Shown here piece after piece: positions 27,400-39,500 of a stretch of DNA of 64,000 nt. The notes beneath the pieces were generated by a model. That model was given only the letters and a program-made list of their open reading frames with translations. It had not been told where the DNA came from and searched no databases. The stretch's first letter is position 1, and each line of letters begins with the position of its first letter. Location of the stretch: positions 39,159 to 103,158 of IMG/VR virus record IMGVR_UViG_3300027833_000022; one strand, 5' to 3'. This DNA comes from a virus. A program made the translations under genes and the position numbers.

Positions 27400-30300
27400 A
27401 TGACACAATCAGTAAGACAATCAAAGTTATTTGCAGCGGAAGATTTTACCGCAGTATATGATTCGTATATTAATGCGAATTTCCAAGCGTATGACTATGC
27501 TACTATACGTAGTACAATGGTCGATTATGTACGAGAAAAATATCCAGAGAATTATAATGACTGGATTGAATCAAGTGAATTCGTAGCACTACTGGATCTT
27601 ATCGCACAGTTTGGTCATAACTTAGCATTTCGTGCAGATTTAAATACTCGTAACAACTTCTTGAGTACAGCAGTACGACAAGATGCCGTATTTAAATTGG
27701 CAGAATTCTTAGGTTATCAACCAAGACGAAATGTAACAGCATTTGGTGAATTAAAAGTAGTTAGTGTGAAAACTAATGAAACAGTAATTGGCAGTGATGG
27801 TACTACGTTGGCTGGTAAAGAAATTAGATATGAAAGTGCTTCTAATATCAATAACATAGATGACTTTATTACAGTTATTAATGCTGCTTTTTCTAGTGGA
27901 AATCAATTTGGTACACCAAGAATTAATATTAATATTGGCGGACAAGTAGTTGAATATTATAATTTGAACACATTGAATGATCAAATTAAGTTCTCAATAC
28001 AAGGAAGCGCAGCAGGTTCAAGTGCATCATTCGATGTTATCGCATTGGATTACGATAGTCAATATCGTAGCATCATTGAATCAACGCCCAATCCTACATC
28101 TGCATTTACAATGATATATAAAAATGACGGCAAAGGTGTTGGTAGTAATACATCTGGCTTCTTTTGTGGATTTAAACAAGGATCATTGCAGTATAAGGAT
28201 TTTATAATAGACAGTCCAATCAGCAATCTTTCACTTGATGTAGATGTGCCCAACATTAATAACTCAGATGTCTGGGTACAATCAATTGATGCAGATGGTA
28301 ATGTAATTACTCAGTGGACTAAAGTTGATAGTGTATTTGGTCAAAATGAAATATTTAATGATATCAAAGCAGGAACCGATGAAATATTTGCAGTAAAGAC
28401 ACGAGAAAATAATCAGATCAGCATTATGTTCACTGATGAGAATTTCGGAAAGATACCAAAGAATATTATACGTGTGTGGTATCGAACAAGTGAGAATCTA
28501 TCTTACACATTGCGACCAGACGATATATCAAATAAAACTATTAATATTAATTACAGTGGCGCAGATGGCAACACATACAATATGATAGTTGGATTACAGT
28601 TAAAATCACCAGTAGTTAATGCAAGTAGCGCAGAAACATTGGATACAATAAAAACAAATGCTCCAAGAAATTACGTAACACAGGACAGAATGATTACCGC
28701 CGACGATTATAATAATTTTTTATTAAATCAAAGCGAGAATATTTTAAAAATAAAAAGTGTTAATAGAACGCACAGTGGTCATAGTCGTTATGCTAAATTA
28801 TACGACCCAACTGGTACATACTCTAATCTACATTTGTTTGGTACTGATGGTACACTTACACAAGATAGCACGGCACTACAAGTAGAACATACTGATGATA
28901 TTGTCATCGAAAGTGTATTTGAAAATTATATAAAAACAGCAATACAAAATCATGAGTTGTTGAACTTGTATTATTCTGGATTTAAAGATGCATTTGAATT
29001 ATTAAGAAGCGATATGGTCGCGGTAGATCCTGCTGATGTAGTATTTAATTGGCAGACGAATGATAATACAACTGGTTATTTTGTTGATTCATTGCTCGCG
29101 ATAAAGGGTGTAGGCATATCTCAAACTCATTACTTGAAGTATATTACAGTAGGTGCATTAGTTAAATTCTCATTAAGTGGAACTACATATTGGGCAAAAG
29201 TATCAAGTATTTTTGCAAATGGCAGAGGAATAGATGATGCACAAGGTGAACCATCTGGATTAACTATTACTGGACTCGGAGCGATTGCATTTGATATTGA
29301 GATACCAAACAATGCTTCATTAGATATGATCTATCCTGCATTTGCAACGCAATTTACAACATTGGAAAAAACGAATATTTTAGCCGCACTATCTGGTGGA
29401 CAAGAATTTTATTTGAAATATGTTTACAATGCTGCTGATGATCCTACTCCCACTAATCCATACTGGGATGTAATACCAGCAATAGTACCAGAACCTACTA
29501 GTCCATTGGAATGGTTGATTAAAGTAGATCCTACTATCATAGGAACTGGTGTAATAAATAATAGTTATGATATAACCACACGTATATCTAGATATGAAAT
29601 AGCAACTGACCAAATTGAATTTACAAATTTAACAAATGAATATAACATTAATGAATTCACTAAAAAGAAAAATCGCGACATCATTGAACTATATGATACT
29701 GTTACCGAAAAATTTATTAGATTTTATGTATGGGGATATAATATAGATTCAAATGGTTTATATCAATCAAACAAAGTTATTGTTGCATTGTTGGATAGTT
29801 CAATTGGTTCTCGTGCAGATAATCCAGATGCATATTTTAATATTGCAGGGACGAATCTAACAACGTCAGATTTGAGATTTGAGTGGACTCACGTACCAGC
29901 AGAAAATGAAATTGTAGATCCTAGTTTGTCAAACATTATTGATATATTTACGTTAACAAGAGATTATAATAATACATTCAAGGCTTGGTTATTAGAATCA
30001 CGTGTATTGGCGAATAAGCCAAATCCACCAACTATAGATGAATTAAACAGACAATTCAATCAATCTAGTGTAGTCAATAAAAAGAAAGCAATGAGCGATA
30101 CTATCATCTATCGCCCAGTTAAATATAAGGTATTATTTGGTTCAGCAGCAGATCCAGAGTTGAGATCAAGATTTAATGTAATAAAAGTCCCAGGTATCAA
30201 TTTAACAGATAACGATATAAAGGCATTGGTTATTACATCAATCAATAACTTCTTTGATATAAGTCTTTGGGATTTTGGAGAAACGTTTTATTTCACTGAA

Positions 30301-30495
30301 TTGGCAGCATATGTACATAACGAATTGATTGGTGTTATAAGTTCATTCGTAATAGTACCAGAAAGTTCTACAAGTGTATTTGGTTCATTATTTCAAATAA
30401 CACCATTGACAGATGAGTTATTTATTCCTGACGCAACTGTCAAAGATATTGATATCGTAACTAGTATTACAAAAACAAACATTAAGGCAAATTAA
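27400..30495 (+). CDS. gp6: Baseplate wedge subunit
   Basis: NNFLSTA, LAEFLGYQPRR, APRNYVTQDRMITADDY motifs. Confidence 0.85.
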   Translation: MTQSVRQSKLFAAEDFTAVYDSYINANFQAYDYATIRSTMVDYVREKYPENYNDWIESSEFVALLDLIAQFGHNLAFRADLNTRNNFLSTAVRQDAVFKLAEFLGYQPRRNVTAFGELKVVSVKTNETVIGSDGTTLAGKEIRYESASNINNIDDFITVINAAFSSGNQFGTPRININIGGQVVEYYNLNTLNDQIKFSIQGSAAGSSASFDVIALDYDSQYRSIIESTPNPTSAFTMIYKNDGKGVGSNTSGFFCGFKQGSLQYKDFIIDSPISNLSLDVDVPNINNSDVWVQSIDADGNVITQWTKVDSVFGQNEIFNDIKAGTDEIFAVKTRENNQISIMFTDENFGKIPKNIIRVWYRTSENLSYTLRPDDISNKTININYSGADGNTYNMIVGLQLKSPVVNASSAETLDTIKTNAPRNYVTQDRMITADDYNNFLLNQSENILKIKSVNRTHSGHSRYAKLYDPTGTYSNLHLFGTDGTLTQDSTALQVEHTDDIVIESVFENYIKTAIQNHELLNLYYSGFKDAFELLRSDMVAVDPADVVFNWQTNDNTTGYFVDSLLAIKGVGISQTHYLKYITVGALVKFSLSGTTYWAKVSSIFANGRGIDDAQGEPSGLTITGLGAIAFDIEIPNNASLDMIYPAFATQFTTLEKTNILAALSGGQEFYLKYVYNAADDPTPTNPYWDVIPAIVPEPTSPLEWLIKVDPTIIGTGVINNSYDITTRISRYEIATDQIEFTNLTNEYNINEFTKKKNRDIIELYDTVTEKFIRFYVWGYNIDSNGLYQSNKVIVALLDSSIGSRADNPDAYFNIAGTNLTTSDLRFEWTHVPAENEIVDPSLSNIIDIFTLTRDYNNTFKAWLLESRVLANKPNPPTIDELNRQFNQSSVVNKKKAMSDTIIYRPVKYKVLFGSAADPELRSRFNVIKVPGINLTDNDIKALVITSINNFFDISLWDFGETFYFTELAAYVHNELIGVISSFVIVPESSTSVFGSLFQITPLTDELFIPDATVKDIDIVTSITKTNIKAN

Positions 30496-30503
30496 GGTAA
30501 CAT

Positions 30504-33500
30504 ATGGAAAATTATAAATCTACAAAACAAGAGAAAACAGACCCTACGAAGCGATCTGGTGATTACCCAGTAAATGAAATCAAATCTGTAAATAAGTTAC
30601 CTACTCCATTTAAGACAGACATTAATAAGAAATGGTTAGATGCTACATTTGATCAGATGATATCAAAAGGTGACATGGAAAATGTTGATGCATTTGTAGG
30701 AGATATGTCTGGTAAATCATTAACTAGATATAATGATGATTACCTAAACACAAATAGCACAGCACCTCAATTAGAGCCAGGTATTATAACGACTGACGCA
30801 TTGGGTAATGTTATGCATACAATTTCAGTAGATGATATTGCAAATAGCGTTGCAATGAATTTTGACGAATATGGGTATAATGCAGCATATAATTCTAATG
30901 CATATGTATATTCACCGCCTATCAATGTAGATATGTTTGTAAATTTTGTTTCTTACTATTGGGCATCTGATCTACCAGTATATGAATCAACCTTTTTAGT
31001 TGCTGGAGATACTAATCCGATAACAACCATTACTGGTTCACCATTAGGAACAATTACAGACAGTGTAAATTCAGTAGAGTTATTCAATGGATTGAAAATA
31101 AAATTCTTAGGTTACGATGCAGCCATTGCAGACAGCACATACTTAGTAACTGGCGTTGGTACTCGTATTAGTTTTAAATTATTAACAGATGCATCGGGAC
31201 GAAAGTTTTTCACTGATACTACACCTTATAGTTATTCTATAGAGTCAGTCGCACAACCACATACTATTAAAGATTATATTGTAATTGATGCATCTGATAA
31301 TATTTCAAGTTCATGGTCGCGTGCAAATCACTGGATACACAAAGAAAGTCTTTTGTATTTGGAAACATTGATTACTTCGTTTGATCCAAGCACTGTTATT
31401 GTAACAGCAAATAGAGCCAAGCGTCCTATTATACAATTCGATTCATTGATGCATATGTCTGATCATGGTCATGCAAATTATGCAACTGACATTGTATTTA
31501 AAGGACAAGTAGATTATGTATTATCATCACTAGACGCTACTATAGCCGCAACTGGTTCACGTATTGCAACAGGAAATGGCATATACATTAAAGGCGTATC
31601 TGATACATTAACTGAATTAGAACGCACTGATACATTCACCGATGGTGATACATTTGTTGTCTTAAATGATGAATTATCAGGAACTAGTGCATATGCAAAG
31701 AGTGACATGTATTACGATGGTATAATAAAAATAGCACAGAATAAGACATTACCAAACGCAGCACCATTGTTTAAATTATTCGATAACCAAGGTACATCAT
31801 TGAGTAGTTACAATGGAACTACGTTTGTAAGCAGTAAGGTGTTTTCGTACAAAGTAGGTACAGGTGCAGTTGACGGTGAATTAAATTTCGCATTATCATA
31901 CAAAGATACTGTAACGGGCGCCAATATTTTATTCGAGAATAATCTATTTACAGAACGTTATGCTTACTCAAGAGATTTTGGACACCCAGTGGTTGAAATC
32001 CCAGGATATTATTTCTTTGTTAAGGGAATCAATAATGTAAGTACATATATACCAAGTGCGTATTCATTAGGTGCGAAGGATAGTGTTCAACTTTTTGCAG
32101 ATTCTTCCGATATTACTATTCCAGTTGGATATTCTGACTGGAGAGTTGATAAAGAGTTCTTGGTATTTGAACGAGATGGAAATATAACAACCACAGAAAT
32201 TTTATCTGAAGGCGTATATAACAGAAGCAGAGCGAATCAACCACAATTAATATTAGGCAAGAATGCATCATATGTATTTCATGATATCACATCGACAAAG
32301 GATTTAACATTCTACAACACTGATGGAAGTATATTCACACCTACTTCAGTTGTTGGTGAAGAAATTACAATAACATTACCAGATACGATATCATTTGTAC
32401 TTGAATTCGGATCATTATCTGATCCAGCGACTAATAGAGGTCGTATTGTAACGAATATATCACAGGATGAGTTTTTTCATACTGTGCATGTTGATGGAAG
32501 AAAATTACCAATATCCGAATATACTATAAATGAAAACAGCATAGTTATATCAGATATTGAAGTCGCATCCCAAGAAGATAATATCTCTACAGTAGATGTG
32601 GAATATTATCGTAATAGTACAGTTCTTGGAAATGCTGAACGTATACAGATACCAGATGTACATCAACACAATGCAAATAACGAATTCATAAAAGAATTTA
32701 CAATACAAGAAACACTGTCTCATTGGTTGAGTATTATTGAAAGTACGCCTGGATTCTCAGGTGATGCATTCGGTGATAATAACTACCATAAGAGCATTAT
32801 TGTCAACTCATATGCTGGTGAAATATTTATGCATGATGACATTAGTATTATGCATGATTTGTGTTATGGTATAGATGGGATGAATGTCGCAGCATCATTA
32901 TCCGAGCAAGGAAGAGATTGGTGGTCATTCAAGCAATTAGTCATGTCTCAGACAAAGCGTTTATATAAAACAAAATCATATAGTGATGTTCGTACACTTA
33001 CGTTAGATGTGATAGAAGCGATTACACAATCCCGCAAAGGAACTCAGGTACATAAACAATCAAATATGTTATATTCTAGAAAGTCACAGTATGTAGAAGT
33101 AGCGTATGTTGCTGGTACTATAGACTATCATTTGGGATTAACAATCAACAATGATGATTTCAGAAAAGATCACATGTATTTGTATATCACTGATAACAGA
33201 GATAGCGATAATGTAGCAGTCACTCGTCTATTAACATTAGGTAAAGATTATACATTAGACGGAAGTAAGATACAATTGACTACTATTCCAGTGGAATTCA
33301 CAGACAGTCAAGTCACTTCTATGAGAGCATATTATTATCAAATGGATAGTGATAGCAATGTTCCAGCAAGTATGACTAAACTTGGATTATCACATACATA
33401 TGTTCCTCAAGTTATTTCTAATGAATTAATTGGACATGATGGAAGTGTGTATCCATTAAAAGCGAATGCTGATTTAGAAAAAGTTAATGACATTAACTTT

Positions 33501-36500
33501 GATCCAGTTGCAGCAGTATTATACGATATAGAGACTCGTGTGTATAATGGAATGAAGAAACAAGATACACGTTATGTGAACAGTTTCATGAAATATCTAC
33601 CATCACAGCATCGCGGTACTTGGTATACATTAAATAAAATAGACAACTATGTAGACAAATATTTTAAAGATTGGTACACAAAGTCAGCACATACTACATT
33701 AAATCCCGCAAATTATTTTGATGCACTTGACTCCACTACTTGGAATTATTCATCTATTTCAATAGCAAAAGGTCATTTGGAATCTAATCTTCCGGGTCAT
33801 TGGAAAGGTGCGTACAGTGTATTATTTGGTACAGCAACACCGCACATCACACCTTGGCATATGCTTGGGTATACTGATAAGCCTACATGGTGGGATAATC
33901 ACTACAGTTGGTTAGCGGGTGCGCAACGAACCGCGATGTTAAATGCATTTACTGATGGCCTAGTTAGCGAACCAGGCACACCAATCAAGCAAGATTTATA
34001 TTACGCAAGATATTACTGGGATTTCTCAACAAAGAGTCCAGTGACCGATGTTGGTGCATTAGAAGATCCATCAGTTGTGTTAGGTACACCTGCATCCGTT
34101 GATAGAGCAAAGCCATTCGTATTTGGCGATTGGGGACCAGTTGAGTTTGAGTGGCGCAATAGTTCACGTGGACATGCAGCAATGGTAGACGCAGTCGTTA
34201 AATTAAATCCAACTAAAGCATGGACCGATTTCTTCCAGACAAATGTTTACGATTCATTTACAAATATCACTGGTATGACTATTAACCGATTCACTAATGA
34301 TCTCATCAATACTGATATGGTCTATGATAATACATCTGAAATATCAAATGCATATGTAGATTCAATAACTGTTGCATCAAGTGAGATTGGTTTTCCATCT
34401 GATATTGAAATATATATTAGTGGTGATAATTTTACAAACGAAGCAACTGCCACATTGGATTTAGATTCCACAGGTAAAATAATCGGTGTTACATTAACGT
34501 CACGAGGTAGTAAGTACACAACTACACCAACAATTGAATTACGTTCAGCAACTGTTTTGCCTGATGATCTTCCATTAGCAACATTTGATATTAATATAAA
34601 CCGTGAAGGACTACAGTATCGTGCTGGAATTAACCAAGCACAAACAACATATATTCAGAGAAATTTTATTGCAGAAAATATCATTACTAATTATACTCTT
34701 AGTGATACAAGATTAATACAACAATTGGGTGGATTTACTGCACCCCATTTACTGAACGTTGAAACTGAATCTGGTGGTAATGGAAAGTTTTCATTAAACC
34801 AAATAGATGCACCATTAATAATGTATACTAGTTCACCATCAGATATTCACGTTGCGTGTAATATTATTGTTACAAAAAATACAACAAGTTTTACAGTAGA
34901 TGGAATTAGTAATCACAAACAACAATTTAAATTTCTTGAACCACTAATGTCAAATATCAATGATCATGTCAATATTAATTTGAATGATGATGTGACTATC
35001 AAGAAATATAAACAATTTTCAGATGCAGTATCTATTGCAGAATATGAAGCCCAGTTTTCTCGCGTACAAGATGTATATAATTTTATCCGTGGAAATTATG
35101 CATACTTAGATAGTGTCGGTTATCAATTTGGAACAACAGGAGATGCTAAGGCATATAGTTTTGCACAATGGGCTATCAGCGCAGATGTAAATGATACATT
35201 TGTTATACCACTTGATGAAAAAATATCATTTGCTAATACAGCACATGTTGTGTTAGAATATAACACATTACCAGAAAAGTTAAATTCAATATCAGACGAT
35301 AGTCGTAGCACAATTGAAGCATCTAATCTACTTATAACTCGTGATACCAATTCATTGACAGTTGAAACAAAGCCCGGCGTGAATGCTATGGCTAGTATCG
35401 GCACTGCGATGGTAACACATGAACATGCTATTTTGTTAAATAATTTAACGCAATTCAATGAAATTATTTTTGATGATGTAACTAATATCAGACAACAGAG
35501 ATTAAAATTGATTGGACAGCGAACTCGTAACTGGACTGGCGCAAAGCAAGCACCCGGATTCTTGGTTAGAGAAAATACAATAATTCAGAACTTCGATTCA
35601 ACTGTTGAGGAAATTTCTAATTTATACGACTTTAACGTAGAAAAATTTAATAAGCAAATTACCAAAGCAGAAAACTTAATGATTAATAATGTTAGCAGAG
35701 ATTGGGTTTCTAAGTTAAATTTATCAGATACAGCAGTCAGTAAATTCTTTCAAGGAGTTATTAAATCAAAGGGTACAAAGTCTGTAATACAGCGTATCGG
35801 GCGAAGTAAACTTATAAATGATGGTAATAGTACCATTGATATAGATGAAGAATTCATGTTTAGACAGAGTAATTTTGGCGATACTTTAATAACCAAATCA
35901 ACTGAAATTGAGATTACTCCATCTGATGTTACAGTGAATCCATCTGTTATTGATTTTAGTAGTCCTGATATTGTGTTTGTCAATAAAGAAAATCCACAAG
36001 TATTTGAAACACTATCTTATGAACAGAACAAAACTACATTGCTAACAGCAGGTGATTTACTTGACACCGAAGCAGATAATGTTATATTTAATATAGATGA
36101 TTTGGAAACTTTATTTGATGCAACAAGTGGTTACGCCAATATAAACACATGGAGTAGCACAACATCATATAGATTTGGCGACAAGGTAAGACTTGAAGGA
36201 AAATTACAGAGTTGTAATGTAGACTATATAGGATATAACACTGCACCCTCAGACTTGGTATTTTTGGGCACTGCGACTGATCCTACATTCCCACATCGTA
36301 ATGTAACCGATGACCCGCTTGAGCCCTCTGCGTCTATCGACGGAGTTGATATTTGGTTTGATAAAGAACAGTTTGTTTATAATTCTATAATTATCGAAAG
36401 TATAACAAGTCCATCAGTGTTATCACCAAATAACATTATTGTTGATGGTAACTCAATTGATCTAGTAAGTAATGCACTTGTTACTGTTATTGATGTATCT

Positions 36501-39500
36501 GCACCGCATGATGGAAATCCTTACACAGTAACTAATGTGAATCCTTCGTCATCTGATGTTACTGGCATGACTTTAAATATAAATTCTACCGTTGTTGATT
36601 TAGAACCTTATGGTACTACTGTTATAACACCTACACCAGGAACCGATACGACTGAGGTATTCTTAGCAGAAGCAGCACCTGTTACTAGTGTGACGATAAC
36701 AACTAATATGGCATCATTTACAGTAGGTACGATTGATGTTGTGCCCGGTGGAACCACCGCAGCATATACACTTATCGCATCTGATTATACATATGATGAA
36801 AATACCCAAATAATTACATTTAACACTCCTATCGTAGATGGTGATGATGCTAATGGTGTTGTAGATATAACAGTTAATCTATTAGGTTTTTCATCTGTTA
36901 TAACAATGGACAAAGAACAGTTAAAAACTGCGATCAGTTCGGTAGCAAATGTAACTGGTGTCAACAACGAACAAGATACTACCAGAGTTGCAGTTGTATT
37001 GGATGCAAACGGAAATATCAATGCACAATTGACAATTCAATTCACTAATGGTTCAACTGAATTCGGTATTGCAACTGGTACATATAATACTGTTACTACG
37101 CAAGAACTTCAAAGTCAATTGATGGATGAAGTATTCATAGCAGCAGCAATTGACACTGCACTAACTACTGCGTATAACGTATCTGTTGTTGCAAATAAAG
37201 TGAGAATAGAAAAAGTAGCAACTACTGAATTCACTCAATTTACTACATTGGAAATAAGTGGTACAGCGAATTCTGTTTTAGCATTCCCAGCAACAACTAA
37301 TGCAACTGGTGCACTTACAAATGTGAATAGCAATGCGACTGACGCTGTTGATTTTATAAACGCAGCACTATTAGCAGCACCAATAAATAATGTAACTGTA
37401 TCTGTTGTCGCAAATAGAATAAATATTTCATCGACTAATTTACAAATTAATTTAGGCAACAGAGAATTCAATACACTGGCTGGTCTTGAAACTGGCATAC
37501 AGACTTCATCGACAGAAAGTGTTGTCAATATATTTGATCAAAATGATTGGACTGATAGTTCAACAATTGATGAAGCATTGTTTAATATATGGATGAGTGA
37601 TGACAACGAACTAGTTAATAATACTACGGGATCTATCACAAGTAAATTCTTTAGTTGGAATGTCTTACAAGTACAGCAGTTCACATATTACGCGACTAGC
37701 ATAGTTGCTGGTACTGAGACTGATGACGGGAATGATGCAAAGGTTACATTGAATGCAGCACACAATGTTAAAGTTGGTGACTATGTTATGTTGGTCAACA
37801 CGACTACAACGCCTAATGTTGATGGTATTCATCGTGTTACTAAGTTGGGCAATTTGGCGCAACCCGCAACATTCTACATTGATAAATTCATTGAATCTGA
37901 TGGTACGAGTGAATCTGTATTTGTATTACGTTCAGCGAGATTTAATAGTCTTGCTGATATTAATACATCAGCATCTGCGGGCACTTTATATAACTGGAAC
38001 ACAGATGATTTAGTTTGGTCTACTACTGATAGTGTAAGTGGTGACGCAGCAACACAAGTATACAAATATAATGGATCTGCATTCGTATTAACTAGAGAAA
38101 ATAGTACACGTGTAACTAATGCAAAGATTGCTAATATATTAATTTATGATGGTGACACAGAACAGACGATAACTGAAATGGAAGTTTTCGATCCGTTGCG
38201 AGGAATTATACCCGGCGTAGCAGATAGAGAACTTGATTTCAAATCATCAGTGGATTTTGCAGTATATAACACATCTACTGATTTAGAATACAATATAGAT
38301 GAACATAACTCATGGGGTAAAGCAGAGATAGGCAGAACTTGGTGGGATACTAGTAAGGTAAGATATTATGACTATGAACAAGGTGATAATGCATATCGTG
38401 CTAAAACATGGGGCAAGCAATTTCCTTCTTCTAGCATTGATGTGTATGAATGGACAAAGAGTTCAGTGCACCCAGAAGAATGGATAGATGCAGTAGCGAA
38501 TAGTACAGAGCAATATGGCTTAGTAGCAACTGGTGAAGTATATAGTGTGTTCGACAAATCAATCAATGAAAATTTATATTACTATGTTACATTGGATGAA
38601 TGGAATGATAAACTTAAAAAATACGATGTAGTATATTATTTCTGGGTTAAGAACAAAACAAATACAGAAGACAATCGCTTATTATCGGTGAAACAGATTG
38701 CAAGTATCATATCTAATCCAACAGATAATGGTATCATGTGGTGTGCCGCGATAGACAGCGATGCAATGATTGTTAACAATGTAAAATATATTGTCAATGA
38801 TACAAGTAGCGTATTACAAATTAATATGAAATCTGACACCATAGATGCTACTCATAGTGAATCAGCACATAGCAACTGGACAGCGATCAAAGAAAACATT
38901 GACCTTATCCCAGATTATTGGTATACTGGCTTACGCGATAACTTGAGTGAACAAGTAATTGAAACAGTATACTTTACGGGTACACTACCAGCAAATGAAT
39001 CAACAGTTGGACAGGAACTACCATCTGAGAGTTTACATGAATATAATCGTTATGGTGATGATCGTGAATTGAAATTTGATAATAAGATATACTCACAGGG
39101 TTGGTTTAAAGATGCATGGAATGCTCGTAGAGAAGCAATCTACACTATCAATGCATTATTAAAAAGACAAAATCTGGTACAAGAATTGGATGGTATTTGG
39201 GATAGAACTATTGGTTCAGTTATAGGTACGACCAACTTGGATATGAATATTCTTTGGGATTTTACAGACTTTGTACATGTAGACAGGACAGAAGGAAATC
39301 TGCCTACTATTGAAGTATCATCTTATGAAGAACTTGCACAAGTTGATAACGAGGTACATACAATTGTATTGTTTAATATTGAAGGTAGTATAACTCAATT
39401 AGACAAAAGTGAAATATTCGAATGGAATACTACGTCAAACGAATGGATTCTTGTTGAAAAGAAAAATGCAACAATAGAATTTAACGACTTTTTATATAAT